Assembly: GCA_051362555.1 (NCBI GenBank)
Contig: JBPQGU010000013.1
Location: 248,001 to 312,000 of the forward strand
Direction: 5' to 3'
DNA from: Lingula anatina
Lineage: Eukaryota > Animalia > Brachiopoda
Length of the DNA: 64,000 bases
A program made the translations under genes and the position numbers. Positions 1-12,000 of the stretch are shown piece after piece (positions within the stretch are counted from its first letter, which is position 1; each line of letters opens with the position of its first letter). Under the pieces are notes generated by a model, which ran no database searches, was not told the DNA's origin, and worked only from the letters and a program-made list of their open reading frames with translations.

Positions 1-3000
1 CATTTGTAGTGAGGGTAAAGTGCTGGAAGAGTGATTGTGTCATTATTTAGGAAGAAATAGAGCAAAAACTCTCTCCACCCCCCCTCTCTCCAAATCCTGT
101 TCTCAGGTGTGCTTTCTGGCAATCTTTAAAGCTGAAATTGGGGGCTTTAATGAAGTGACCCGGGCGCGTTTCCACATTTTTTATGAATGTCAGGTGTGGT
201 AAATTAATTTTCATCACTTTTTGGAAAAATTGGTGACGGGTCATTTTTGGGTGATTTTGAGAGATTTTCGTAAGGTCCGGATATGGCAGTTTTCTTCAAT
301 TTTGGCCAGGTAGGGATGAAAAATTTTTTTCTTCAATATTGTGTCAGGTAGGTGTGTTTGGTCATTTGTAGTGAGGGTAAAGTGCTGGAAGAGTGATTGT
401 GTCATTATTTAGGAAGAAATAGAGCAAAAACTCTCTCCACCCCCCCTCTCTCCAAATCCTGTTCTCAGGTGTGCTTTCTGGCAATCTTTAAAGCTGAAAT
501 TGGGGGCTTTAATGAAGTGACCCGGGCGCGTTTCCACATTTTTTATGAATGTCAGGTGTGGTAAATTAATTTTCATCACTTTTTGGAAAAATTGGTGACG
601 GGTCATTTTTGGGTGATTTTGAGAGATTTTCGTAAGGTCCGGATATGGCAGTTTTCTTCAATTTTGGCCAGGTAGGGATGAAAAATTTTTTTCTTCAATA
701 TTGTGTCAGGTAGGTGTGTTTGGTCATTTGTAGTGAGGGTAAAGTGCTGGAAGAGTGATTGTGTCATTATTTAGGAAGAAATAGAGCAAAAACTCTCTCC
801 ACCCCCCCTCTCTCCAAATCCTGTTCTCAGGTGTGCTTTCTGGCAATCTTTAAAGCTGAAATTGGGGGCTTTAATGAAGTGACCCGGGCGCGTTTCCACA
901 TTTTTTATGAATGTCAGGTGTGGTAAATTAATTTTCATCACTTTTTGGAAAAATTGGTGACGGGTCATTTTTGGGTGATTTTGAGAGATTTTCGTAAGGT
1001 CCGGATATGGCAGTTTTCTTCAATTTTGGCCAGGTAGGGATGAAAAATTTTTTTCTTCAATATTGTGTCAGGTAGGTGTGTTTGGTCATTTGTAGTGAGG
1101 GTAAAGTGCTGGAAGAGTGATTGTGTCATTATTTAGGAAGAAATAGAGCAAAAACTCTCTCCACCCCCCCTCTCTCCAAATCCTGTTCTCAGGTGTGCTT
1201 TCTGGCAATCTTTAAAGCTGAAATTGGGGGCTTTAATGAAGTGACCCGGGCGCGTTTCCACATTTTTTATGAATGTCAGGTGTGGTAAATTAATTTTCAT
1301 CACTTTTTGGAAAAATTGGTGACGGGTCATTTTTGGGTGATTTTGAGAGATTTTCGTAAGGTCCGGATATGGCAGTTTTCTTCAATTTTGGCCAGGTAGG
1401 GATGAAAAATTTTTTTCTTCAATATTGTGTCAGGTAGGTGTGTTTGGTCATTTGTAGTGAGGGTAAAGTGCTGGAAGAGTGATTGTGTCATTATTTAGGA
1501 AGAAATAGAGCAAAAACTCTCTCCACCCCCCCTCTCTCCAAATCCTGTTCTCAGGTGTGCTTTCTGGCAATCTTTAAAGCTGAAATTGGAGGCTTTAATG
1601 AAGTGACCCGGGCGCGTTTCCACATTTTTTATGAATGTCAGGTGTGGTAAATTAATTTTCATCACTTTTTGGAAAAATTGGTGACGGGTCATTTTTGGGT
1701 GATTTTGAGAGATTTTCGTAAGGTCCGGATATGGCAGTTTTCTTCAATTTTGGCCAGGTAGGGATGAAAAATTTTTTTCTTCAATATTGTGTCAGGTAGG
1801 TGTGTTTGGTCATTTGTAGTGAGGGTAAAGTGCTGGAAGAGTGATTGTGTCATTATTTAGGAAGAAATAGAGCAAAAACTCTCTCCACCCCCCCTCTCTC
1901 CAAATCCTGTTCTCAGGTGTGCTTTCTGGCAATCTTTAAAGCTGAAATTGGGGGCTTTAATGAAGTGACCCGGGCGCGTTTCCACATTTTTTATGAATGT
2001 CAGGTGTGGTAAATTAATTTTCATCACTTTTTGGAAAAATTGGTGACGGGTCATTTTTGGGTGATTTTGAGAGATTTTCGTAAGGTCCGGATATGGCAGT
2101 TTTCTTCAATTTTGGCCAGGTAGGGATGAAAAATTTTTTTCTTCAATATTGTGTCAGGTAGGTGTGTTTGGTCATTTGTAGTGAGGGTAAAGTGCTGGAA
2201 GAGTGATTGTGTCATTATTTAGGAAGAAATAGAGCAAAAACTCTCTCCACCCCCCCTCTCTCCAAATCCTGTTCTCAGGTGTGCTTTCTGGCAATCTTTA
2301 AAGCTGAAATTGGGGGCTTTAATGAAGTGACCCGGGCGCGTTTCCACATTTTTTATGAATGTCAGGTGTGGTAAATTAATTTTCATCACTTTTTGGAAAA
2401 ATTGGTGACGGGTCATTTTTGGGTGATTTTGAGAGATTTTCGTAAGGTCCGGATATGGCAGTTTTCTTCAATTTTGGCCAGGTAGGGATGAAAAATTTTT
2501 TTCTTCAATATTGTGTCAGGTAGGTGTGTTTGGTCATTTGTAGTGAGGGTAAAGTGCTGGAAGAGTGATTGTGTCATTATTTAGGAAGAAATAGAGCAAA
2601 AACTCTCTCCACCCCCCCTCTCTCCAAATCCTGTTCTCAGGTGTGCTTTCTGGCAATCTTTAAAGCTGAAATTGGGGGCTTTAATGAAGTGACCCGGGCG
2701 CGTTTCCACATTTTTTATGAATGTCAGGTGTGGTAAATTAATTTTCATCACTTTTTGGAAAAATTGGTGACGGGTCATTTTTGGGTGATTTTGAGAGATT
2801 TTCGTAAGGTCCGGATATGGCAGTTTTCTTCAATTTTGGCCAGGTAGGGATGAAAAATTTTTTTCTTCAATATTGTGTCAGGTAGGTGTGTTTGGTCATT
2901 TGTAGTGAGGGTAAAGTGCTGGAAGAGTGATTGTGTCATTATTTAGGAAGAAATAGAGCAAAAACTCTCTCCACCCCCCCCTCTCTCCAAATCCTGTTCT

Positions 3001-6000
3001 CAGGTGTGCTTTCTGGCAATCTTTAAAGCTGAAATTGGGGGCTTTAATGAAGTGACCCGGGCGCGTTTCCACATTTTTTATGAATGTCAGGTGTGGTAAA
3101 TTAATTTTCATCACTTTTTGGAAAAATTGGTGACGGGTCATTTTTGGGTGATTTTGAGAGATTTTCGTAAGGTCCGGATATGGCAGTTTTCTTCAATTTT
3201 GGCCAGGTAGGGATGAAAAATTTTTTTCTTCAATATTGTGTCAGGTAGGTGTGTTTGGTCATTTGTAGTGAGGGTAAAGTGCTGGAAGAGTGATTGTGTC
3301 ATTATTTAGGAAGAAATAGAGCAAAAACTCTCTCCACCCCCCCCTCTCTCCAAATCCTGTTCTCAGGTGTGCTTTCTGGCAATCTTTAAAGCTGAAATTG
3401 GGGGCTTTAATGAAGTGACCCGGGCGCGTTTCCACATTTTTTATGAATGTCAGGTGTGGTAAATTAATTTTCATCACTTTTTGGAAAAATTGGTGACGGG
3501 TCATTTTTGGGTGATTTTGAGAGATTTTCGTAAGGTCCGGATATGGCAGTTTTCTTCAATTTTGGCCAGGTAGGGATGAAAAATTTTTTTCTTCAATATT
3601 GTGTCAGGTAGGTGTGTTTGGTCATTTGTAGTGAGGGTAAAGTGCTGGAAGAGTGATTGTGTCATTATTTAGGAAGAAATAGAGCAAAAACTCTCTCCAC
3701 CCCCCCTCTCTCCAAATCCTGTTCTCAGGTGTGCTTTCTGGCAATCTTTAAAGCTGAAATTGGGGGCTTTAATGAAGTGACCCGGGCGCGTTTCCACATT
3801 TTTTATGAATGTCAGGTGTGGTAAATTAATTTTCATCACTTTTTGGAAAAATTGGTGACGGGTCATTTTTGGGTGATTTTGAGAGATTTTCGTAAGGTCC
3901 GGATATGGCAGTTTTCTTCAATTTTGGCCAGGTAGGGATGAAAAATTTTTTTCTTCAATATTGTGTCAGGTAGGTGTGTTTGGTCATTTGTAGTGAGGGT
4001 AAAGTGCTGGAAGAGTGATTGTGTCATTATTTAGGAAGAAATAGAGCAAAAACTCTCTCCACCCCCCCTCTCTCCAAATCCTGTTCTCAGGTGTGCTTTC
4101 TGGCAATCTTTAAAGCTGAAATTGGGGGCTTTAATGAAGTGACCCGGGCGCGTTTCCACATTTTTTATGAATGTCAGGTGTGGTAAATTAATTTTCATCA
4201 CTTTTTGGAAAAATTGGTGACGGGTCATTTTTGGGTGATTTTGAGAGATTTTCGTAAGGTCCGGATATGGCAGTTTTCTTCAATTTTGGCCAGGTAGGGA
4301 TGAAAAATTTTTTTCTTCAATATTGTGTCAGGTAGGTGTGTTTGGTCATTTGTAGTGAGGGTAAAGTGCTGGAAGAGTGATTGTGTCATTATTTAGGAAG
4401 AAATAGAGCAAAAACTCTCTCCACCCCCCCTCTCTCCAAATCCTGTTCTCAGGTGTGCTTTCTGGCAATCTTTAAAGCTGAAATTGGGGGCTTTAATGAA
4501 GTGACCCGGGCGCGTTTCCACATTTTTTATGAATGTCAGGTGTGGTAAATTAATTTTCATCACTTTTTGGAAAAATTGGTGACGGGTCATTTTTGGGTGA
4601 TTTTGAGAGATTTTCGTAAGGTCCGGATATGGCAGTTTTCTTCAATTTTGGCCAGGTAGGGATGAAAAATTTTTTTCTTCAATATTGTGTCAGGTAGGTG
4701 TGTTTGGTCATTTGTAGTGAGGGTAAAGTGCTGGAAGAGTGATTGTGTCATTATTTAGGAAGAAATAGAGCAAAAACTCTCTCCACCCCCCCTCTCTCCA
4801 AATCCTGTTCTCAGGTGTGCTTTCTGGCAATCTTTAAAGCTGAAATTGGGGGCTTTAATGAAGTGACCCGGGCGCGTTTCCACATTTTTTATGAATGTCA
4901 GGTGTGGTAAATTAATTTTCATCACTTTTTGGAAAAATTGGTGACGGGTCATTTTTGGGTGATTTTGAGAGATTTTCGTAAGGTCCGGATATGGCAGTTT
5001 TCTTCAATTTTGGCCAGGTAGGGATGAAAAATTTTTTTCTTCAATATTGTGTCAGGTAGGTGTGTTTGGTCATTTGTAGTGAGGGTAAAGTGCTGGAAGA
5101 GTGATTGTGTCATTATTTAGGAAGAAATAGAGCAAAAACTCTCTCCACCCCCCCTCTCTCCAAATCCTGTTCTCAGGTGTGCTTTCTGGCAATCTTTAAA
5201 GCTGAAATTGGGGGCTTTAATGAAGTGACCCGGGCGCGTTTCCACATTTTTTATGAATGTCAGGTGTGGTAAATTAATTTTCATCACTTTTTGGAAAAAT
5301 TGGTGACGGGTCATTTTTGGGTGATTTTGAGAGATTTTCGTAAGGTCCGGATATGGCAGTTTTCTTCAATTTTGGCCAGGTAGGGATGAAAAATTTTTTT
5401 CTTCAATATTGTGTCAGGTAGGTGTGTTTGGTCATTTGTAGTGAGGGTAAAGTGCTGGAAGAGTGATTGTGTCATTATTTAGGAAGAAATAGAGCAAAAA
5501 CTCTCTCCACCCCCCCTCTCTCCAAATCCTGTTCTCAGGTGTGCTTTCTGGCAATCTTTAAAGCTGAAATTGGGGGCTTTAATGAAGTGACCCGGGCGCG
5601 TTTCCACATTTTTTATGAATGTCAGGTGTGGTAAATTAATTTTCATCACTTTTTGGAAAAATTGGTGACGGGTCATTTTTGGGTGATTTTGAGAGATTTT
5701 CGTAAGGTCCGGATATGGCAGTTTTCTTCAATTTTGGCCAGGTAGGGATGAAAAATTTTTTTCTTCAATATTGTGTCAGGTAGGTGTGTTTGGTCATTTG
5801 TAGTGAGGGTAAAGTGCTGGAAGAGTGATTGTGTCATTATTTAGGAAGAAATAGAGCAAAAACTCTCTCCACCCCCCCTCTCTCCAAATCCTGTTCTCAG
5901 GTGTGCTTTCTGGCAATCTTTAAAGCTGAAATTGGGGGCTTTAATGAAGTGACCCGGGCGCGTTTCCACATTTTTTATGAATGTCAGGTGTGGTAAATTA

Positions 6001-9000
6001 ATTTTCATCACTTTTTGGAAAAATTGGTGACGGGTCATTTTTGGGTGATTTTGAGAGATTTTCGTAAGGTCCGGATATGGCAGTTTTCTTCAATTTTGGC
6101 CAGGTAGGGATGAAAAATTTTTTTCTTCAATATTGTGTCAGGTAGGTGTGTTTGGTCATTTGTAGTGAGGGTAAAGTGCTGGAAGAGTGATTGTGTCATT
6201 ATTTAGGAAGAAATAGAGCAAAAACTCTCTCCACCCCCCCCCTCTCTCCAAATCCTGTTCTCAGGTGTGCTTTCTGGCAATCTTTAAAGCTGAAATTGGG
6301 GGCTTTAATGAAGTGACCCGGGCGCGTTTCCACATTTTTTATGAATGTCAGGTGTGGTAAATTAATTTTCATCACTTTTTGGAAAAATTGGTGACGGGTC
6401 ATTTTTGGGTGATTTTGAGAGATTTTTGTAAGGTCCGGATATGGCAGTTTTCTTCAATTTTGGCCAGGTAGGAATGAAAAATTTTTTTCTTCAATATTGT
6501 GTCAGGTAGGTGTGTTTGGTCATTTGTAGTGAGGGTAAAGTGCTGGAAGAGTGATTGTGTCATTATTTAGGAAGAAATAGAGCAAAAACTCTCTCCACCC
6601 CCCCTCTCTCCAAATCCTGTTCTCAGGTGTGCTTTCTGGCAATCTTTAAAGCTGAAATTGGGGGCTTTAATGAAGTGACCCGGGCGCGTTTCCACATTTT
6701 TTATGAATGTCAGGTGTGGTAAATTAATTTTCATCACTTTTTGGAAAAATTGGTGACGGGTCATTTTTGGGTGATTTTGAGAGATTTTCGTAAGGTCCGG
6801 ATATGGCAGTTTTCTTCAATTTTGGCCAGGTAGGGATGAAAAATTTTTTTCTTCAATATTGTGTCAGGTAGGTGTGTTTGGTCATTTGTAGTGAGGGTAA
6901 AGTGCTGGAAGAGTGATTGTGTCATTATTTAGGAAGAAATAGAGCAAAAACTCTCTCCACCCCCCCTCTCTCCAAATCCTGTTCTCAGGTGTGCTTTCTG
7001 GCAATCTTTAAAGCTGAAATTGGGGGCTTTAATGAAGTGACCCGGGCGCGTTTCCACATTTTTTATGAATGTCAGGTGTGGTAAATTAATTTTCATCACT
7101 TTTTGGAAAAATTGGTGACGGGTCATTTTTGGGTGATTTTGAGAGATTTTCGTAAGGTCCGGATATGGCAGTTTTCTTCAATTTTGGCCAGGTAGGGATG
7201 AAAAATTTTTTTCTTCAATATTGTGTCAGGTAGGTGTGTTTGGTCATTTGTAGTGAGGGTAAAGTGCTGGAAGAGTGATTGTGTCATTATTTAGGAAGAA
7301 ATAGAGCAAAAACTCTCTCCACCCCCCCTCTCTCCAAATCCTGTTCTCAGGTGTGCTTTCTGGCAATCTTTAAAGCTGAAATTGGGGGCTTTAATGAAGT
7401 GACCCGGGCGCGTTTCCACATTTTTTATGAATGTCAGGTGTGGTAAATTAATTTTCATCACTTTTTGGAAAAATTGGTGACGGGTCATTTTTGGGTGATT
7501 TTGAGAGATTTTCGTAAGGTCCGGATATGGCAGTTTTCTTCAATTTTGGCCAGGTAGGGATGAAAAATTTTTTTCTTCAATATTGTGTCAGGTAGGTGTG
7601 TTTGGTCATTTGTAGTGAGGGTAAAGTGCTGGAAGAGTGATTGTGTCATTATTTAGGAAGAAATAGAGCAAAAACTCTCTCCACCCCCCCCCTCTCTCCA
7701 AATCCTGTTCTCAGGTGTGCTTTCTGGCAATCTTTAAAGCTGAAATTGGGGGCTTTAATGAAGTGACCCGGGCGCGTTTCCACATTTTTTATGAATGTCA
7801 GGTGTGGTAAATTAATTTTCATCACTTTTTGGAAAAATTGGTGACGGGTCATTTTTGGGTGATTTTGAGAGATTTTGGTAAGGTCCGGATATGGCAGTTT
7901 TCTTCAATTTTGGCCAGGTAGGGATGAAAAATTTTTTTCTTCAATATTGTGTCAGGTAGGTGTGTTTGGTCATTTGTAGTGAGGGTAAAGTGCTGGAAGA
8001 GTGATTGTGTCATTATTTAGGAAGAAATAGAGCAAAAACTCTCTCCACCCCCCCTCTCTCCAAATCCTGTTCTCAGGTGTGCTTTCTGGCAATCTTTAAA
8101 GCTGAAATTGGGGGCTTTAATGAAGTGACCCGGGCGCGTTTCCACATTTTTTATGAATGTCAGGTGTGGTAAATTAATTTTCATCACTTTTTGGAAAAAT
8201 TGGTGACGGGTCATTTTTGGGTGATTTTGAGAGATTTTCGTAAGGTCCGGATATGGCAGTTTTCTTCAATTTTGGCCAGGTAGGGATGAAAAATTTTTTT
8301 CTTCAATATTGTGTCAGGTAGGTGTGTTTGGTCATTTGTAGTGAGGGTAAAGTGCTGGAAGAGTGATTGTGTCATTATTTAGGAAGAAATAGAGCAAAAA
8401 CTCTCTCCACCCCCCCTCTCTCCAAATCCTGTTCTCAGGTGTGCTTTCTGGCAATCTTTAAAGCTGAAATTGGAGGCTTTAATGAAGTGACCCGGGCGCG
8501 TTTCCACATTTTTTATGAATGTCAGGTGTGGTAAATTAATTTTCATCACTTTTTGGAAAAATTGGTGACGGGTCATTTTTGGGTGATTTTGAGAGATTTT
8601 CGTAAGGTCCGGATATGGCAGTTTTCTTCAATTTTGGCCAGGTAGGGATGAAAAATTTTTTTCTTCAATATTGTGTCAGGTAGGTGTGTTTGGTCATTTG
8701 TAGTGAGGGTAAAGTGCTGGAAGAGTGATTGTGTCATTATTTAGGAAGAAATAGAGCAAAAACTCTCTCCACCCCCCCTCTCTCCAAATCCTGTTCTCAG
8801 GTGTGCTTTCTGGCAATCTTTAAAGCTGAAATTGGGGGCTTTAATGAAGTGACCCGGGCGCGTTTCCACATTTTTTATGAATGTCAGGTGTGGTAAATTA
8901 ATTTTCATCACTTTTTGGAAAAATTGGTGACGGGTCATTTTTGGGTGATTTTGAGAGATTTTCGTAAGGTCCGGATATGGCAGTTTTCTTCAATTTTGGC

Positions 9001-12000
9001 CAGGTAGGGATGAAAAATTTTTTTCTTCAATATTGTGTCAGGTAGGTGTGTTTGGTCATTTGTAGTGAGGGTAAAGTGCTGGAAGAGTGATTGTGTCATT
9101 ATTTAGGAAGAAATAGAGCAAAAACTCTCTCCACCCCCCCTCTCTCCAAATCCTGTTCTCAGGTGTGCTTTCTGGCAATCTTTAAAGCTGAAATTGGGGG
9201 CTTTAATGAAGTGACCCGGGCGCGTTTCCACATTTTTTATGAATGTCAGGTGTGGTAAATTAATTTTCATCACTTTTTGGAAAAATTGGTGACGGGTCAT
9301 TTTTGGGTGATTTTGAGAGATTTTCGTAAGGTCCGGATATGGCAGTTTTCTTCAATTTTGGCCAGGTAGGGATGAAAAATTTTTTTCTTCAATATTGTGT
9401 CAGGTAGGTGTGTTTGGTCATTTGTAGTGAGGGTAAAGTGCTGGAAGAGTGATTGTGTCATTATTTAGGAAGAAATAGAGCAAAAACTCTCTCCACCCCC
9501 CCTCTCTCCAAATCCTGTTCTCAGGTGTGCTTTCTGGCAATCTTTAAAGCTGAAATTGGGGGCTTTAATGAAGTGACCCGGGCGCGTTTCCACATTTTTT
9601 ATGAATGTCAGGTGTGGTAAATTAATTTTCATCACTTTTTGGAAAAATTGGTGACGGGTCATTTTTGGGTGATTTTGAGAGATTTTCGTAAGGTCCGGAT
9701 ATGACAGTTTTCTTCAATTTTGGCCAGGTAGGGATGAAAAATTTTTTTCTTCAATATTGTGTCAGGTAGGTGTGTTTGGTCATTTGTAGTGAGGGTAAAG
9801 TGCTGGAAGAGTGATTGTGTCATTATTTAGGAAGAAATAGAGCAAAAACTCTCTCCACCCCCCCCTCTCTCCAAATCCTGTTCTCAGGTGTGCTTTCTGG
9901 CAATCTTTAAAGCTGAAATTGGGGGCTTTAATGAAGTGACCCGGGCGCGTTTCCACATTTTTTATGAATGTCAGGTGTGGTAAATTAATTTTCATCACTT
10001 TTTGGAAAAATTGGTGACGGGTCATTTTTGGGTGATTTTGAGAGATTTTCGTAAGGTCCGGATATGGCAGTTTTCTTCAATTTTGGCCAGGTAGGGATGA
10101 AAAATTTTTTTCTTCAATATTGTGTCAGGTAGGTGTGTTTGGTCATTTGTAGTGAGGGTAAAGTGCTGGAAGAGTGATTGTGTCATTATTTAGGAAGAAA
10201 TAGAGCAAAAACTCTCTCCACCCCCCCCTCTCTCCAAATCCTGTTCTCAGGTGTGCTTTCTGGCAATCTTTAAAGCTGAAATTGGGGGCTTTAATGAAGT
10301 GACCCGGGCGCGTTTCCACATTTTTTATGAATGTCAGGTGTGGTAAATTAATTTTCATCACTTTTTGGAAAAATTGGTGACGGGTCATTTTTGGGTGATT
10401 TTGAGAGATTTTCGTAAGGTCCGGATATGGCAGTTTTCTTCAATTTTGGCCAGGTAGGGATGAAAAATTTTTTTTCTTCAATATTGTGTCAGGTAGGTGT
10501 GTTTGGTCATTTGTAGTGAGGGTAAAGTGCTGGAAGAGTGATTGTGTCATTATTTAGGAAGAAATAGAGCAAAAACTCTCTCCACCCCCCCTCTCTCCAA
10601 ATCCTGTTCTCAGGTGTGCTTTCTGGCAATCTTTAAAGCTGAAATTGGGGGCTTTAATGAAGTGACCCGGGCGCGTTTCCACATTTTTTATGAATGTCAG
10701 GTGTGGTAAATTAATTTTCATCACTTTTTGGAAAAATTGGTGACGGGTCATTTTTGGGTGATTTTGAGAGATTTTCGTAAGGTCCGGATATGGCAGTTTT
10801 CTTCAATTTTGGCCAGGTAGGGATGAAAAATTTTTTTCTTCAATATTGTGTCAGGTAGGTGTGTTTGGTCATTTGTAGTGAGGGTAAAGTGCTGGAAGAG
10901 TGATTGTGTCATTATTTAGGAAGAAATAGAGCAAAAACTCTCTCCACCCCCCCTCTCTCCAAATCCTGTTCTCAGGTGTGCTTTCTGGCAATCTTTAAAG
11001 CTGAAATTGGGGGCTTTAATGAAGTGACCCGGGCGCGTTTCCACATTTTTTATGAATGTCAGGTGTGGTAAATTAATTTTCATCACTTTTTGGAAAAATT
11101 GGTGACGGGTCATTTTTGGGTGATTTTGAGAGATTTTCGTAAGGTCCGGATATGGCAGTTTTCTTCAATTTTGGCCAGGTAGGGATGAAAAATTTTTTTC
11201 TTCAATATTGTGTCAGGTAGGTGTGTTTGGTCATTTGTAGTGAGGGTAAAGTGCTGGAAGAGTGATTGTGTCATTATTTAGGAAGAAATAGAGCAAAAAC
11301 TCTCTCCACCCCCCCTCTCTCCAAATCCTGTTCTCAGGTGTGCTTTCTGGCAATCTTTAAAGCTGAAATTGGGGGCTTTAATGAAGTGACCCGGGCGCGT
11401 TTCCACATTTTTTATGAATGTCAGGTGTGGTAAATTAATTTTCATCACTTTTTGGAAAAATTGGTGACGGGTCATTTTTGGGTGATTTTGAGAGATTTTC
11501 GTAAGGTCCGGATATGGCAGTTTTCTTCAATTTTGGCCAGGTAGGGATGAAAAATTTTTTTCTTCAATATTGTGTCAGGTAGGTGTGTTTGGTCATTTGT
11601 AGTGAGGGTAAAGTGCTGGAAGAGTGATTGTGTCATTATTTAGGAAGAAATAGAGCAAAAACTCTCTCCACCCCCCCTCTCTCCAAATCCTGTTCTCAGG
11701 TGTGCTTTCTGGCAATCTTTAAAGCTGAAATTGGGGGCTTTAATGAAGTGACCCGGGCGCGTTTCCACATTTTTTATGAATGTCAGGTGTGGTAAATTAA
11801 TTTTCATCACTTTTTGGAAAAATTGGTGACGGGTCATTTTTGGGTGATTTTGAGAGATTTTCGTAAGGTCCGGATATGGCAGTTTTCTTCAATTTTGGCC
11901 AGGTAGGGATGAAAAATTTTTTTCTTCAATATTGTGTCAGGTAGGTGTGTTTGGTCATTTGTAGTGAGGGTAAAGTGCTGGAAGAGTGATTGTGTCATTA

